Position numbers and translations under genes: made by a program
The notes under the pieces: generated by a model
What the model was told of the DNA's origin: nothing
Database searches by the model: none
What the model saw: the letters and a program-made list of their open reading frames with translations, nothing else
Assembly: GCF_009914755.1 (NCBI RefSeq)
Contig: NC_060940.1
Direction: 5' to 3' (one strand)
Origin: the human T2T-CHM13v2.0 reference genome, Homo sapiens
Length of the DNA: 64,000 nt
Part shown: positions 61,001-64,000 of the stretch, piece after piece
Numbering within the stretch: position 1 is the stretch's first letter
How the letters are laid out: each line of letters starts with the position of its first letter

Positions 61001-64000
61001 ATTCTATTCCATTTGATGATGATTACATTCGATTCCATTTGATGATTCCATCTGATTCTATTCGAGGATTCCATTTGATTCCATTCGATGATGATTCCAT
61101 TCGAGTCCATTCGATGATTTCATTCCAGTACATCCAATGATTCCATTCGAGTCCATTAGATGATTCCATTTGATTCCATTTGAAAATGATTCTACTAGAG
61201 TCCATTCAATGACTCCATTCGAGTCCATTCAACAGTTCCATTCGACTCCATTCGATGATTCCATTCGATTCCATTTGATGGTTCCATTCGAGTCCATTTA
61301 ATCATTACAGTCGAGTCCATTTGGTGATTCCACTGGATTTCTTTTGATAATGATACCATTCAATTACATTTGATGATGATCCCATTCAATTTCATTTGAT
61401 GATGATTCCATTAGAGTCCATTCGATGATTTCATTCGAGTCCCTTCATTGATTCCATCCGATTTCATTGGATGATGACTCCATTCGAGTCCATTCGATGA
61501 TTCCACTCGATTCCATTAGATGACTCCATTGGAGTCCATTTGATTGTTCCATTCGATTCCATTCGATTCCTTTCGAAGATTATTCCATTTGAGTCCATTC
61601 GATGATGATTCCATTCCATTCCATTCGATGATTCCGTTTGATTCCATTCGATGATTCCCTTCGATTCCTTTCTTTGATGATTCCATTCCATTCCATTCAA
61701 TGATTCCATTCGAATCTATTCCATGATGATTCATTTCGATTCCATTCGCTGATGTTTCCGTTCAATTCCATTCGATGATGATTCCATTCGATTCCATTCA
61801 TTGAGGATTCCATTTGATTCCATTCAATGATGATTCCATTCTATTCCATTCAATGATTGCATTCAATTCCATTCAATGATTATCCCATTAGAGTAAACTC
61901 AACGATTCCATTCAATACCATTCGATGATGATTCCTTTTGAGTCCATTCAATGATTTCATTCAAGTCCATTTGATGATTCCTTTCAATTCCATTCTATGA
62001 TGATTCCATTCGAGTCCATTCGATGATTCCATTCGATTGCATTCGATGATTCCATTATATTCCATTCAACGGTGATTCCATTCGAGTACATTCCATGATT
62101 CCATTAGAGTACATTTAATGATTGCTTTGTTTTCAATTCGAAGATGATTACATTGGATTCCATTCTATGATACCATTCGATTCCATTCAATGATGATTCC
62201 ACTCAAATCCATTGGATGATTCCATTCGTGTCCATTCGGTGATTTCATTAGATTCCATTCGAGGATGATTCCATTCGATTCCATTCGATGATTCCATTCA
62301 ATTCCATTCGATGATGATTCCATTCCAGTCCATATGATCATTCCATTTGATTTCATTCGATGATGATTCCATTCGATTCCTTTCGACGATTCCATTCTAT
62401 TCCATTCGATGATGATTCCATTCGAGTCCATTCGATGATTCCATTCGAGTCCATTTAATGATTCCATTGGGTTCAATTCAATGATGATTACATTGGATTC
62501 CGTTCTATGATTCCATTCAATTCCGTTCATTGACAATTTGATTCCATTCGATGATGATTCCATTTGAGTTCATTCGATGATTCTATTCGATTCTCTTCGA
62601 TGGTGATTCAATTCTATTATATTGGATGATTCCATTCGATTCCATTTGATGTTGATTCAATTCGATTCTATTCGATGATGATTCCATTGGATTTCACTTG
62701 ATGATTCTATTCGATTCCATTCAATGATGATTCACTTCTCGTCCATTGGATGATTCCATTTCATTCCATTCGATGATGATTCCATTCGATTCCATTCGAT
62801 GATTCCATTTGATTCCATGCGACGGTGAGCAATTCGATTCAATTCCATGATGATTCTATTTGATTCAATTAGATGATGTTTCCATTCGAATCCATTCCAT
62901 GATTATTCCATTGGAATCCATTCGGCGATGATTCCATATGAGTCAATTCAATGATGATTCCATATGGGTCCGTTCGATGATAATTCCATTTGATTTCATT
63001 CGATGCTTCTATTCTATTCCAGTCGATGATGATTCCGTTGGAGTCCATACGATGATTCCATTTGATTTCATTTGATGATGATTCCATTCGATGATGATTA
63101 CATTGGATTCCATTCTATGATTCCATTCAATTCCATTCGTTGATGATTCGATTCCATTCAATGATGATTCCATTTGAGTTCATTCGATGATTCTATTCGA
63201 TTCCGTTCGATGGTGATTCAATTCTATTATATTGGATGATTCCACTCGATTCCATTTGATGATTATTCCATTGGAGTCCACTTAGTGAATCCTTTAGATT
63301 CTACTCGACGATGATTCCATTCGAGTCCATTCGATGATACCATTCAATTCCATTCGTTGATGCTTCCATTCAAGTGCATTCGATGATATCATTCGATTCC
63401 ATTTGATGATAATTCCATTTGATTCCATGCGATGATTCTATTCGATTCCATTCAATGATAATTCCATTCAATTCAGTGATTCCTCTGGACTCCATTTGAT
63501 GATGATTCCATTCAATGATTCCATTCGATTCTATTCGAAAATGATTCCATTTGAATCCATTTGATGATGATTCCATTAGATTCCATTTGATGATTCCATT
63601 CGATTCCATTCGACGATGATTCCATTCGATTCCGTTTGATGATTCCATTCTATTCTATTCGATGATGATTCCATTCGATTCCATTCGATGATGATTGGAT
63701 TCGATTCCATTTGATGATTTCATTTGATTCCATTCGTTAATGATTTCGATCAATTCCATTCGATGATTCCATTCGATTCCATTCGATAATGATTACATCC
63801 GAGTCCATTCGATGATTCCCTTTGAGCCTGTTCGATAATTCCATTTGAGTCCAACCAATGATTCCATTCATTTCCATTCAATGATTCCATTCGAGTCCAT
63901 TTGATCATTCCGGTAGGGTCCATTCGATGTTGATTCCATTGGAGTGCATTCGATGATTCCATTCGAGTCCATTTTAGGATTTGATTCGAGTCCTTTCGAC
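58096..64000 (+). repeat. Unit U11 (partial; 6112-bp type)
   Basis: The 52-bp segment is present again at 61801-61852; the unit runs off the window end. Confidence 0.9.

Larger units (their letters stand above)
1..64000 (+). repeat. Human Satellite II (HSat2/HSATII) pericentromeric tandem array, CATTC strand on +
   Basis: Continuous diverged (CATTC)n with the HSat2-diagnostic CATTCGATTC / TTCGATGATGATTCCA and CGAGTCCA motifs in 23/26-bp monomers. Pure CATTC runs are short, which argues against HSat3. No non-satellite sequence is visible. Confidence 0.98.
21579..64000 (+). repeat. Homogeneous ~6.1-kb higher-order repeat (HSat2B-type, probably chr16q11.2), about 7 copies
   Basis: Near-identical ORFs recur at 21239, 27350, 33464, 39576, 45636, 51696 and 57756 (spacings 6111, 6114, 6112, 6060, 6060, 6060), and 57638 to 63750 is 6112. 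A ~6.1-kb period is the published hallmark of chr16 HSat2B; the chromosome assignment is inferred from that. Confidence 0.9.

Noticed and set aside
119-63962. Numerous 60-132 aa minus-strand ORFs (MESSNGIEWNHR-like)
   Set aside because: They are low-complexity translations of GAATG/GAATC repeats, overlap in several frames, are opened or closed by random SNPs, and resemble no protein family. The + strand is full of TGA stops.
1-64000. CRISPR-like array (23-26-bp repeats)
   Set aside because: No unique spacers, no leader and no cas genes; the repeats are contiguous and degenerate.
1-64000. HSat3, alpha satellite or telomeric repeat
   Set aside because: CATTCGATTC and GATGAT interruptions dominate with only short pure CATTC runs; no 171-bp monomer, CENP-B box or TTAGGG array was seen.

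Overview
The whole 64-kb window is one uninterrupted, single-orientation array of human (hominid) Satellite II (HSat2/HSATII). It is built from diverged CATTC pentamers arranged as 23/26-bp monomers (ATTCCATTCGATTCCATTCGATG[ATG]) and nested in a ~6.1-kb higher-order unit, which is typical of the HSat2B subfamily at 16q11.2. Using the once-per-unit marker TCGTGTTCATTCTATGGTTCCACAGG (at 1, 3194, 11057, 15161, 21579, 27690, 33804, 39916, 45976, 52036, 58096), unit lengths are 3193, 7863, 4104, 6418, 6111, 6114, 6112, 6060, 6060, 6060 and a partial last unit with 6112 spacing. The first ~21.5 kb is rearranged (deletions, tandem duplications and a 1.8-kb foreign HSat2 block); the remainder is homogeneous. 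I found no genes, RNA genes, transposons or CRISPR arrays, and all ORFs are artefacts of the GAATG strand. I see no new gene system; the interesting content is the structural evolution of the satellite. Coordinates were read by eye and breakpoints are approximate.
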